Source: an uncultured delta proteobacterium (GTDB lineage: Bacteria; Myxococcota_A; Polyangia; Haliangiales; Haliangiaceae). From it: DNA of 64,000 nucleotides. The notes below the pieces were generated by a model. That model searched no databases. It saw only the letters and a list, made by a program, of their open reading frames with translations, and was not told the DNA's origin. The position numbers and the translations under genes were made by a program. The DNA lies in assembly GCA_963848295.1 (NCBI GenBank), contig CAWKDB010000002.1, forward strand, positions 1,056,001 to 1,120,000, read 5' to 3'. The number at the start of each line of letters is the position of its first letter. The first letter of the stretch is position 1. Below, in pieces: positions 41,351 to 49,780 of this stretch.

Positions 41351-42840
41351 AGACGCTGGCGCTCGCCGGGTTCGCGATCGCACTGGCATCGACCGCGCAC
41401 GCGGATCCACGCGGGCCGACGCCGCTCCACACGATCGACGAGGATGCGCGGCCATCCTATGCCACGCGCCCGATCGACTACATGTTCCCGATCACGATCG
41501 ATCCCGCGAATGTCGAGCCCACGATCTCGAACAACATCATCTATCTCAATAACTGCCAGCCGAACGGCTGCACGCTACGCCCGGGCACCACGGACTCGCG
41601 CACCGACACGTCGGAGCTGCTCCAGGGCGAGGCCGTGCTCACGCCATTCGACGACAGCGATGCGACGTGGAACGCGGTCGTGCAGTGCATGCAGGACGTG
41701 TTCTATCCGTACAACATCCAGATCACGACGACCGATCCGGGCAGCGCGCCTCACTTCGAGATCATGATCGCGGGCAACCCGACCGACATCGGGCTGTCGA
41801 GCGGGTATGGCGGCGTGTCGCCGTACGCGTGCGGGGCCTCCGGCGGCTATATCCCGAACGCGCTCGTGTTCGACTTCTCGAAGGTGTGGGGCGGTCGCGT
41901 CGAGGATCTGTGCTCGACCGCGGCGCAGGAGATCGCGCACTCGTTCACGCTCGACCACGCGGACGATCCGTCGGACCCGATGACGTACTTCACGTCGTTC
42001 ACCACGCGGCGCTACTTCAACAGCAGCGCGCAGTGCGGCAGCGACTGCGTCAACAGCAAGAGCCCGCAAGGCCCCGGCGTCGGCGGCTATACGTGCACCG
42101 GCGCCGCTCCGGGGATGGGCACCTCCGGTCCGCAAGCTCACCCGTGCGTCTGCACCGGACAGGCCACGCAGAACGAGAACGGCAAGTGGACCAGCCTGTT
42201 CGGCGCGAGCTCGATGGCCGGACCGACGGTCGCGATCACCAAGCCGCTCGACGGCGCCGCGGTCCAGGCCGGGTTCGTCGTGGACTCGACCGCGACGAAC
42301 ACGATCGGTGTGACGAAGGCCGAGCTCTACATCGACGGCACGCTGGCCAGCACGGTCACGAGCTCACCGTACATCTTCAACTCGCCCGCGACGCTCGGGC
42401 CCGGCGCACACGTCGTCAAGGTCACCGCGTACGATCACTACGGCGACACCGGCAGCGCGCAGGTCAACGCGATCATCGGCACGCCGTGCAAGTCGGCGTC
42501 GGACTGCACGAACAGCAACGACGTGTGCATCGCCGGTCGCTGCCTGCTCGGCCCGGGCCAGCCGGGCGGGCTCGGCGCGACGTGCATGAACGGCCCGGAC
42601 TGCGACTCCGGCCAGTGCACGAGCGACGGCACGAATTCGTACTGCGCGACGTCGTGCGATCTCGGCCAGGGCGAGTGCCCCTCCGGTTTCGGCTGCCTCG
42701 ATTCCGGCAACGGCGTCGGCGTGTGCTGGCCGGGCTACGACGACGGCTCGAGCAAAGGCGGCGGCTGCCAATCGGGCGGCAACACGACGTTCCTCGGCTT
42801 GGGCTTCGCGCTGCTGTTCCTGCGCCGTCGCAAGAAATGA
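41347..42840 (+). CDS. Secreted metzincin-like + Ig-like + Cys-rich protein with MYXO-CTERM tail (paralogue 3)
   Basis: GTGA overlap with paralogue 2; AQEIAHSFTLDH...DPMTY; tail GGGCQSG-TM-RRRKK. Confidence 0.8.
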   Translation: MKTLALAGFAIALASTAHADPRGPTPLHTIDEDARPSYATRPIDYMFPITIDPANVEPTISNNIIYLNNCQPNGCTLRPGTTDSRTDTSELLQGEAVLTPFDDSDATWNAVVQCMQDVFYPYNIQITTTDPGSAPHFEIMIAGNPTDIGLSSGYGGVSPYACGASGGYIPNALVFDFSKVWGGRVEDLCSTAAQEIAHSFTLDHADDPSDPMTYFTSFTTRRYFNSSAQCGSDCVNSKSPQGPGVGGYTCTGAAPGMGTSGPQAHPCVCTGQATQNENGKWTSLFGASSMAGPTVAITKPLDGAAVQAGFVVDSTATNTIGVTKAELYIDGTLASTVTSSPYIFNSPATLGPGAHVVKVTAYDHYGDTGSAQVNAIIGTPCKSASDCTNSNDVCIAGRCLLGPGQPGGLGATCMNGPDCDSGQCTSDGTNSYCATSCDLGQGECPSGFGCLDSGNGVGVCWPGYDDGSSKGGGCQSGGNTTFLGLGFALLFLRRRKK

Positions 42841-43667
42841 GCCCCCTTGCGCGCGCGTCCGCCGCCGCGTACGCCCGGCTCCTGGTCACCGGCGACACGC
42901 TCGCCGACAAGCTCGCGCCGGCGCCGGCCGAGCTCGACTTCGCGGGCGGTGCGGCCGAGCGGATCGCGGCGCCGGGGCGACCGGCCGGGCTCGCGATCGT
43001 GCCCGGCCGCAAGTCCCGAGTGCCGCCGGTCGCGGGGATGCGCGATCCGGCGCAGCGCGCACGCATCCTCCACGCGCTCGCGAACCACGAGCTCCAGGCG
43101 ATCGAGCTGTTCGCGTGGGCGGTGCTGGCGTTCCCCGCCACGCCGGTCGCGTTTCGCAGGGGCCTCGTCGCGATCGCGAGCGACGAGCAGCGCCATCTCC
43201 AGCTCTATCTCGACCGGCTCGCCGCGCACGGGATGCGGTTCGGCGATTGTCCGGTGACCGGACACTTCTGGAACAAGCTCGACCACCTGAGCGGTCCACT
43301 CGAGTTCGTGTGCGCGATGGGCCTGACGTTCGAGCAGGCGAACCTCGACTTTGCCGGCGACTATGCGGCCGCGGCGCGCGCGGCCGGCGACACCGCGACC
43401 GCCGACGCGCTCGCGCAGGTCCACGCCGACGAGATCGGCCACGTCCACTTCGGTTGGGTGTGGCTGCGCCGGCTCGCCGGCGACGACAGCGGATCGTTCG
43501 ACGCGTGGCGGGTCTACAACGACCACGTCAAGTTCCCGCTCGGACCCAGGCGCGCTCGCGGTGCTCGCCTCGATCGCGACGCGCGCCGGCGCGCCGGCAT
43601 CGACGAGGCCTTCATCACCGCGCTCGCCGGCGTCTCGCCGACGCGACCGAGCGGCGAGCCGCGATGA
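42837..43667 (+). CDS. Ferritin-like di-iron protein (DUF455 family)
   Basis: LHALANHELQAIEL, DEQRH, FEQANLD and DEIGHV (paired ExxH motifs). ATGA overlap with the upstream gene. Confidence 0.82.
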   Translation: MSPLARASAAAYARLLVTGDTLADKLAPAPAELDFAGGAAERIAAPGRPAGLAIVPGRKSRVPPVAGMRDPAQRARILHALANHELQAIELFAWAVLAFPATPVAFRRGLVAIASDEQRHLQLYLDRLAAHGMRFGDCPVTGHFWNKLDHLSGPLEFVCAMGLTFEQANLDFAGDYAAAARAAGDTATADALAQVHADEIGHVHFGWVWLRRLAGDDSGSFDAWRVYNDHVKFPLGPRRARGARLDRDARRRAGIDEAFITALAGVSPTRPSGEPR

Positions 43668-44507
43668 TCCTGTGGGCGAACCTCGATCAGGAAGCGCGCT
43701 GGGCGGGCGTCCAGCTCAAGCCCGACGTGATCAAGCTGATCCGCGGCCTGGCCGATCAGCTCGCCGCGCTCGCGCCCGCGGGCGAACCGGTCGAGCTGTG
43801 GCGGCCCGGCGACGGCACGCCGCCGCGCTGGGACCTCGCCTGGGCGGATCCCGAGGCCAAGGCGGTCAACGATCGCCGGTTCGCGCTCGGGCTGGGGTTC
43901 GCGCTTCCGGGGGCGCGCGTGGTGTCCTCGCTCGCCGAGCTCGATGCGCACATCGCGGAGCAAGCCTCGATGGCCGAGACCTGGGCCCGGTCATCATCAC
44001 CGAATGGGAGCGCGGGTGGATCGCCCGCCTGGGTGTGCAAGGCGCCGTGGACCGCGGCGGGCCGCGACCGGTGTTTCGGCGAAGGTGCGCCGACCGCCGA
44101 CCGGCGGACGCGGATCGAGCGCCTGCTCGCCAGCTTCGGCGCGCTGGTGTTCGAGCCCTGGCTCGACCGCATCGTCGATGTCGGCGTGTGCGCGGCGATC
44201 GATCGCGCCGGCGCCGTCGTCGCGAAGCCGCCGCACCAGCTGAAGACCACGCCACGCGGCGGCTTCGCCGGCATCGATCTCGTCCCCGCCCCCGCTCGCC
44301 GCGGGCGAGCTCGACCGCCTCGCCGCTGCGGTCGCCGCCGCGGGCGCGGCGCTCCATCGCGCGGGCTACGCCGGGCCGTTCGGGATCGACGCGTTCGCGT
44401 ATCGCGAAGGGGGCGAGCGCAGGTTCCACCCGCTGTGCGAGCTCAACGCGCGCCACACGTTCGGCCACGTCGCGTGGGCGGCGGGGCGATTCGACCCGGC
44501 GGTGTGA
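43664..44507 (+). CDS. ATP-grasp-like protein, frameshift near 44290
   Basis: WVCKAPWTAAGRDR and LVFEPWLDRIVD, then after the shift GYAGPFGIDAFAYR...ELNARHTFG (ExN-R metal motif). ATGA overlap with the DUF455 gene. Confidence 0.65.
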
Positions 44508-44558
44508 GACCCGAGTCCCGGACGTGCGCGGACCGAGCTCCAACGATAATGTTTCGCC

Positions 44559-45446
44559 ATGGCCGAGCTCGATGCGGTGATCGACGCCTGCCGCGCCGCG
44601 CTCGATCGACGAACCGCGCCCCCATTCGGCGGCGCGGCCGACCGGGGACGAGCCCCCGCCGTCGACCGTCCGGCCGGTGTCGTCGTGTTGACCGGAGCCG
44701 GCGTCAGCGCCGAGAGCGGCATCCCGACGTTCCGCGGCAAAGAGGGTTACTGGACGGTCGGCGCGCGCGAGTACCACCCGCAGGAGCTCGCGACGTTCGA
44801 CGCGTTCTCGCACATGCCGTGGGACGTCTGGGCCTGGTACCTCTATCGGCGCGGCGCATGCCGGCGCGCCGAGCCGAACCCCGGCCACCGCGCGCTCGTC
44901 CGGCTCGATGCCGCGCTCGGTGACCGGTTCGTCCTGGTCACCCAGAACGTCGATGGCCTGCATCGCCGCGCCGGCAGCCCGAACGCGCGCACGTTCCCGA
45001 TCCACGGCGACATCGACCTCATGCGATGCGCCGCCGAGTGCGGGCCCGACCCTTGGCCGATCCCCGAAGCCGTGCCGGCGCTCGCGCGGGGCGAGCCGGT
45101 GACCGAGGCGAGCCGCGCCCTGCTCCACTGCCCGCGCTGTCACGGCCCGGGCCGCCCGCACGTGTTGTGGTTCGACGAGACCTACGACGAGCGCCGGTTC
45201 TTTCTCGACACCACGCGCCGGCTCGCCGCCGAGGCCGCGCTGCTCGTGATCGCGGGGACGTCCGCACAGACCAACCTGCCGTGGCAGATCGTCTCGCTCG
45301 CGGCGAAGGGTGGTGCCACCATCGTCGACATCAACGTCGAGCCGAACCCGTTCGGCGACATCGCGGCGCGCACCGGCGGCGAGGTCCGGTCGCCGTCCGC
45401 GATCGCCTTGCCCGCGATCGTCGATGCGCTGATCTCGCCGTCGTAA
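44559..45446 (+). CDS. cobB: NAD-dependent protein deacylase (sirtuin)
   Basis: LTGAGVSAESGIPTFRG, TQNVDGLH, IHG, zinc ligands CAAEC/CPRC, RPHVLWFDE and GTS. A YxxR motif (YLYR) is present, as in class III enzymes. Confidence 0.9.
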   Translation: MAELDAVIDACRAALDRRTAPPFGGAADRGRAPAVDRPAGVVVLTGAGVSAESGIPTFRGKEGYWTVGAREYHPQELATFDAFSHMPWDVWAWYLYRRGACRRAEPNPGHRALVRLDAALGDRFVLVTQNVDGLHRRAGSPNARTFPIHGDIDLMRCAAECGPDPWPIPEAVPALARGEPVTEASRALLHCPRCHGPGRPHVLWFDETYDERRFFLDTTRRLAAEAALLVIAGTSAQTNLPWQIVSLAAKGGATIVDINVEPNPFGDIAARTGGEVRSPSAIALPAIVDALISPS

Positions 45447-45496
45447 AGCGGCACAGCCCTTTACTCCTGAGTCGCGTTTCGGCAGGGTGAACCTCG

Positions 45497-47416
45497 ATGT
45501 CCTCGCCCGAAGACAGCACACCCGTGCCGCGCGAGGTCAGCACGATCAGCGAGGTGACCGGCGAGGTGACCGTGCTGCCGCCCGAGGAGGCGAGCAAGGT
45601 CATCGACGAGATCAAGGCGGTCGCCGAGAGCCGCGGCGAGGACTCGGACGTCATCGAGCTCGTCGAGCTGCGGCCGAGCGGGATGATCCCGGCGATCGAC
45701 GCGGCCGCCGCGCTGGCCGCGACCGACGACGAGCTCGGCATCGACGAGCTGCGCGATGCGTGGCCCCTGCTCGATCTCGACGAGCGCGGCGACGGCTTGC
45801 GCGTCTTGCCGCGCGAGGACGCCGAGGAGTTCTTCATCTCGCTGATCCCGAGCGACCAGGCGGCGATGCTGGTCCACTTCCGCGCCGGGCAACGCCGCCA
45901 GTGGATGCGCCTGCTCGAGCCCGACGACGTCGCCGACGTCATCCAGAGCACGCCGGAAGAGCATCGCAAGATGCTGCTCGCCTTGCTCGACGAGCCGACC
46001 CGCAAAGAAGTCGTCGCCCTGATGCAGTACGCCGAGGACGAGGCCGGCGGCCTGATGTCGACCCGGTTCGCGCGGCTCCGCCCGCACATGACCGCGGACG
46101 AGGCGCTCAGCTACTTGCGCCGGCAAGCGCGCGCGAAGCTCGAGACGATCTACGTCGCGTACGTCACGGACAACGACCAGCACCTGCTCGGCGTGGTGTC
46201 GTTTCGCGATCTGTTCGCGGCCGAGCCGGCCAAGACGGTCGGCGAGATCATGACGACCGATGTCGTCCGGGTCACCGACGAGATGGATCAGGAGACGGTG
46301 TCGCGGATCTTCGCGGAGCACGATCTCAACGTCGTGCCGGTCGTCGACAAAGACGGCAAGATGAAGGGCATCGTGACGGTCGACGACATCGTCGACGTCG
46401 TGCAAGAAGAGGCGACCGAGGACATCCAGAAGTTCGGCGGCCTCGAAGCCCTGGACATGCCGTACCTCGCGTCGAGCCGGCGCGAGATGATCAAGAAGCG
46501 CGCGCGCTGGCTGACGATCCTGTTGATCGGCGAGATGTTGACCGCGACCGCGCTCGGGTTCTTCCAGCACGAGCTCGATAAAGCGATCGTGCTGTCGCTG
46601 TTCCTGCCGCTGATCATCTCGAGCGGCGGCAACTCGGGCTCGCAGGCGTCGACGCTCGTGATCCGGGCGATGGCGCTCGGCGAGGTCCGCGTCGCCGATT
46701 GGTTGCGGGTGTTCCGCCGCGAGATCCAGATGGGCGTCGTGCTCGGCGCGATCCTCGGCAGCGTCGCCGCCGTTCGCGTGATCGTGTGGGGCGCGGCCGG
46801 CGCGTACGAAGGCTCGGCCGGTCAGCACTTCGTGTTGATGGGGATCACGGTCGCGATCAGCCTGGTCGGCTGCGTCATGTGGGGGACGCTGATGGGCGCG
46901 ATGCTGCCGTTCGCGCTGCGCAAGGTCGGTGCCGACCCCGCGAGCGCCTCGGCGCCGCTCGTCGCGACGCTGGTCGACGTCAGCGGCATCATCATCTACT
47001 TCACGATCGCGAGCACGATCCTGACCGGCAGCGTGATCCGCTCGGTGCCGGACGCGTGCACGGTCGCGACCTCCGACGACATCGCGCAGGTCTTCCACGA
47101 GAGCTTCGAGCGCCAGCCATCTGTGAAACCCACGGGCGACAAGCTGAGTCGTTGCGTATGGAAGCGCGCCAAGGTCGAGCTAGGCGTCCATACCGAGCTC
47201 ACCGATCGCGACTCGTTCGACGACGCGATGGAGACGCTGCCCGGCGCGGTCAAGAAGGTCGCGATCGGCGGTGAGGCCGCATTCTACGAACAGAACGCGA
47301 GCGTGCTCTACGCGTTCAAGGGCGACACGAAGGTCGCGATCAGTCTCGCGGGCCAGACCGGCCCGGCCGAAGCCGACGAGACCGCGCTGATGGCGAAGAT
47401 CCTCGGCAAGCTGTAG
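45497..47416 (+). CDS. mgtE: Magnesium transporter MgtE with an extra C-terminal domain
   Basis: AGGLM, CBS pair, GIVTVDDIVDV, SSGGNSGSQ, DPASASAPLVATLVD, plus about 125 aa after the last TM. Confidence 0.93.
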   Translation: MSSPEDSTPVPREVSTISEVTGEVTVLPPEEASKVIDEIKAVAESRGEDSDVIELVELRPSGMIPAIDAAAALAATDDELGIDELRDAWPLLDLDERGDGLRVLPREDAEEFFISLIPSDQAAMLVHFRAGQRRQWMRLLEPDDVADVIQSTPEEHRKMLLALLDEPTRKEVVALMQYAEDEAGGLMSTRFARLRPHMTADEALSYLRRQARAKLETIYVAYVTDNDQHLLGVVSFRDLFAAEPAKTVGEIMTTDVVRVTDEMDQETVSRIFAEHDLNVVPVVDKDGKMKGIVTVDDIVDVVQEEATEDIQKFGGLEALDMPYLASSRREMIKKRARWLTILLIGEMLTATALGFFQHELDKAIVLSLFLPLIISSGGNSGSQASTLVIRAMALGEVRVADWLRVFRREIQMGVVLGAILGSVAAVRVIVWGAAGAYEGSAGQHFVLMGITVAISLVGCVMWGTLMGAMLPFALRKVGADPASASAPLVATLVDVSGIIIYFTIASTILTGSVIRSVPDACTVATSDDIAQVFHESFERQPSVKPTGDKLSRCVWKRAKVELGVHTELTDRDSFDDAMETLPGAVKKVAIGGEAAFYEQNASVLYAFKGDTKVAISLAGQTGPAEADETALMAKILGKL

Positions 47417-47443
47417 CCGTCGAGCCATGCTACGGTCAGTGGC

Positions 47444-48331
47444 TTGCTGGCGACGCGCGTGCTCCACTACCGCGATCCGGCCTCGGTCGTGCTCGGGCTC
47501 AAGCAGCTTCGGCGCCAGGGCCTGACCCCGCGCGGCCTGCTGTTCGTCGCGCTCGATCCGCGCGGCGAGACGTCGCTCGCGATGCCCGAAGATGTCGACG
47601 CGGTCGCCGAGATCCGCGTCGGTGACAAGCTGACGCTCGAGCCGCCCTGGCAGGGCCGGTACTTTCACTTCGATGCGATCCATCGCCTGCCCGGCGATAG
47701 CGTGCTGTGGAATGGCGATCGCCGGCTCGCCGACACCGGCTCCGCGCCCGAGGTCGCGTGCGCGATCTCGGAGTGGCTCAAAGGCGCCTCCGCGAAGAAC
47801 GTGTTCCTCGGGTGCGCGCCGCATGTCCCCGGCTCGTGGTGGTCGCCCGACCACCGCTCGGCCGTCACCGATCTGCACGCGCTCGGCTATCTCGATTGCG
47901 TCGTGACGACAAACGGGGTGCTCGCGCGCAAGATCGACGACGGCCGGCTGTTCCACCTCGCGTTCTCCGCGCTGCGCGCGCATGGCACGCCGACCGAAGG
48001 CTGGCAGGAGGTGTTTCGCTCCGAGCTCGGCAACATCTTGCTGCTCGAGCGCCGCGTGTTGCAGTCCCGGCTCGTGCTGACCTGCGAGAAGGGGCTCGTC
48101 GAGATCGACGTCAGCCACCTGCCGGATGTCGTGATCGAGACCGCGCGCGTGCCGATGCAATCGGGCTTCGGCGTGGTCGGGCGGATCGACGGCGGCGCGT
48201 TCGCCGTCACCGCCGGCACGATCGAGCCATGGGGCCTGACCAACATGTCGCCGGCGATGCTCGTCGGCTCGCCGACCGAGAGCCTGCTCGATCTGCCGAA
48301 GACGCTGCGCGCGATGAAGCTCGACGACTGA
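47444..48331 (+). CDS. Hypothetical cytoplasmic protein
   Basis: 295-aa ORF with normal codon bias and no motif I recognise. Confidence 0.7.
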   Translation: MLATRVLHYRDPASVVLGLKQLRRQGLTPRGLLFVALDPRGETSLAMPEDVDAVAEIRVGDKLTLEPPWQGRYFHFDAIHRLPGDSVLWNGDRRLADTGSAPEVACAISEWLKGASAKNVFLGCAPHVPGSWWSPDHRSAVTDLHALGYLDCVVTTNGVLARKIDDGRLFHLAFSALRAHGTPTEGWQEVFRSELGNILLLERRVLQSRLVLTCEKGLVEIDVSHLPDVVIETARVPMQSGFGVVGRIDGGAFAVTAGTIEPWGLTNMSPAMLVGSPTESLLDLPKTLRAMKLDD

Positions 48332-48341
48332 GTGTAAGCGC
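48332..48341 (+). promoter_or_regulatory. Operator-like half-site GTGTAAGCGC
   Basis: Exact reverse complement of GCGCTTACAC at 48616 and 49747, about 60 bp upstream of ORF 48401. Confidence 0.5.
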
Positions 48342-48400
48342 CCCGCGTAAACTCGAACGGCGTTGCGCTCGCGATGGCGCGCGGGATATCTGTCGAGCCG

Positions 48401-48559
48401 ATGCGCAGAGCATGGTTCGCGGTCGTGATCCTGGCGATCTCGTTGTTCGCGGCTTGCGGGCACAACTCGGCGGTCCCGCAAGACTCCGGAGTCGCCGATT
48501 CCGGCTGTGCACCGTGCACGCTCGGGCAAGGCGAGCTCGGCGCGTGTTGCGTTCGATAG
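48401..48559 (+). CDS. Tiny Cys-motif lipoprotein A (52 aa)
   Basis: MRRAWFAVVILAISLFAA-C lipobox; C-terminus CTLGQGELGACCVR. Confidence 0.65.
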   Translation: MRRAWFAVVILAISLFAACGHNSAVPQDSGVADSGCAPCTLGQGELGACCVR

Positions 48560-48617
48560 CTGTGGTCGACCGTGACCGGCCCTGACTCACCGCGACGGTG
48601 CCGCGATCCGCGTCAGC

Positions 48618-48638
48618 GCTTACACGCGCCGTGTAAGC
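48618..48638. promoter_or_regulatory. Perfect 8-5-8 palindrome GCTTACAC-GCGCC-GTGTAAGC
   Basis: Read directly from the sequence, 60 bp upstream of ORF 48699. Confidence 0.65.
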
Positions 48639-48698
48639 CCTAAAGGTGTTGCTCGGCTCTGCGCTCCGGCGTTTTATTCGCGCGAGAAAAGGAAGCCC

Positions 48699-49529
48699 AT
48701 GAAGCTCAAGCTGGTGATCGTCGATCTAGAGATTCCGAAACATGTGAAGCGGCGGATGCTGCGCATCGGCCTGCCCGTGGCGGTCCTGCTGATCTGCGGC
48801 GGGGTCGTCTTGGCGGCGGGACTGCACACGTGGAGCGACGGCGATACCCTCGCGTCGACCGATCTCAACGGCAACTTCTCGGCGCTTCAGGATCAGATCA
48901 CGAGCCAAGGCACGTCGCTGGGCGGCACTCCGCTCGCCTCACCGTTCTCGCCGATCGCCGGACAGGTGCTCGCGTATGACGGCTCGGCGTGGACGCCCAC
49001 GGCGATCACCTCGACCACGGGCCAGTTCTTCCCTCCGAATGACACCAACGCGACCGGCGTGCTCGAGAAGTATAACGCGGGCGCGCCGTACACCGTCGCG
49101 AGCGTCACCATCACCGCCCCGAGCGCGGGCCTCGTTCAGGTCTCGCTGGATGGACAATTCCGCGACTGGGAGCACGTGGGGCCCAACACCTATCCGGTCA
49201 ACGGCGGCACCACCGCTGGAAAGGATGACGACTTCACGTGCAAGCTCGCGCCGAATCCGGGAAACGCGAACGCCGTCACGGGGTCGGCGCCGGTAGCATG
49301 GCACGTCGGCAGTGAGGTCACGGGCTGGGGCCCGATCGGCGACCCGTTCACCCAAGCGTTCGCCACGTCCTACCCATTTGCTGTCCCGGCGGCGGGCACG
49401 TACGAGTTCGACTTCACCTGCTACTCTTTGTCGTGCAGCGACGTCGTGACCACGGGGACGTACGGCTGCGACGTTCCGGCGGCGCACATCTACGGCATCT
49501 ACTTCCCGGCGATCTCCACGTCGAACTGA
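48699..49529 (+). CDS. Exported phage-tail-fibre-like protein
   Basis: Long N-terminal signal/TM; HTWSDGDTLASTDLNGNF then a short coiled coil; PIAGQVLAYDGSAWTP fibre-type motif; C-terminal beta-rich head (VTITAPSAGLVQV, AAGTYEF). Confidence 0.6.
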   Translation: MKLKLVIVDLEIPKHVKRRMLRIGLPVAVLLICGGVVLAAGLHTWSDGDTLASTDLNGNFSALQDQITSQGTSLGGTPLASPFSPIAGQVLAYDGSAWTPTAITSTTGQFFPPNDTNATGVLEKYNAGAPYTVASVTITAPSAGLVQVSLDGQFRDWEHVGPNTYPVNGGTTAGKDDDFTCKLAPNPGNANAVTGSAPVAWHVGSEVTGWGPIGDPFTQAFATSYPFAVPAAGTYEFDFTCYSLSCSDVVTTGTYGCDVPAAHIYGIYFPAISTSN

Positions 49530-49569
49530 GCTAGTTGCCGACGCGCTCTCCGATCACTGACCAGCCGGA

Positions 49570-49701
49570 TCAGCCGAGCGTGCACTGACCGATCGTCGAG
49601 TGGCCCATCTCGCACGTGTCTTGGGTCTGGTGGTTCGAGATCGATCCGCACGACGACGCCCCGAAGATCAAAGCGCACAAGAGGAGAGCCCTGACGACCA
49701 T
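49570..49701 (-). CDS. Tiny Cys-motif lipoprotein B (43 aa)
   Basis: MVVRALLLCALIFGASS-C lipobox-like start; C-terminus CEMGHSTIGQCTLG aligns with lipoprotein A. Confidence 0.55.
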   Translation of the reverse strand: MVVRALLLCALIFGASSCGSISNHQTQDTCEMGHSTIGQCTLG

Positions 49702-49748
49702 GAGCTTGCTCGTACCCTGGCGACCGCGCCGCGAGCAACATAATTGGC

Positions 49749-49769
49749 GCTTACACCGCGCCTGTAAAC
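49749..49769. promoter_or_regulatory. Second copy of the 8-5-8 palindrome, GCTTACAC-CGCGC-CTGTAAAC
   Basis: Two arm mismatches to the 48618 site, about 48 bp upstream of lipoprotein B on the minus strand. Confidence 0.6.
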
Positions 49770-49780
49770 AAGAGGGCCGC

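Noticed and set aside
39560..42650. Repeated DNA GAGCGACGGCACGAA...TACTGCG in three places
   Set aside because: Explained by coding paralogy (SDGTNSYC) among the three MYXO-CTERM genes.
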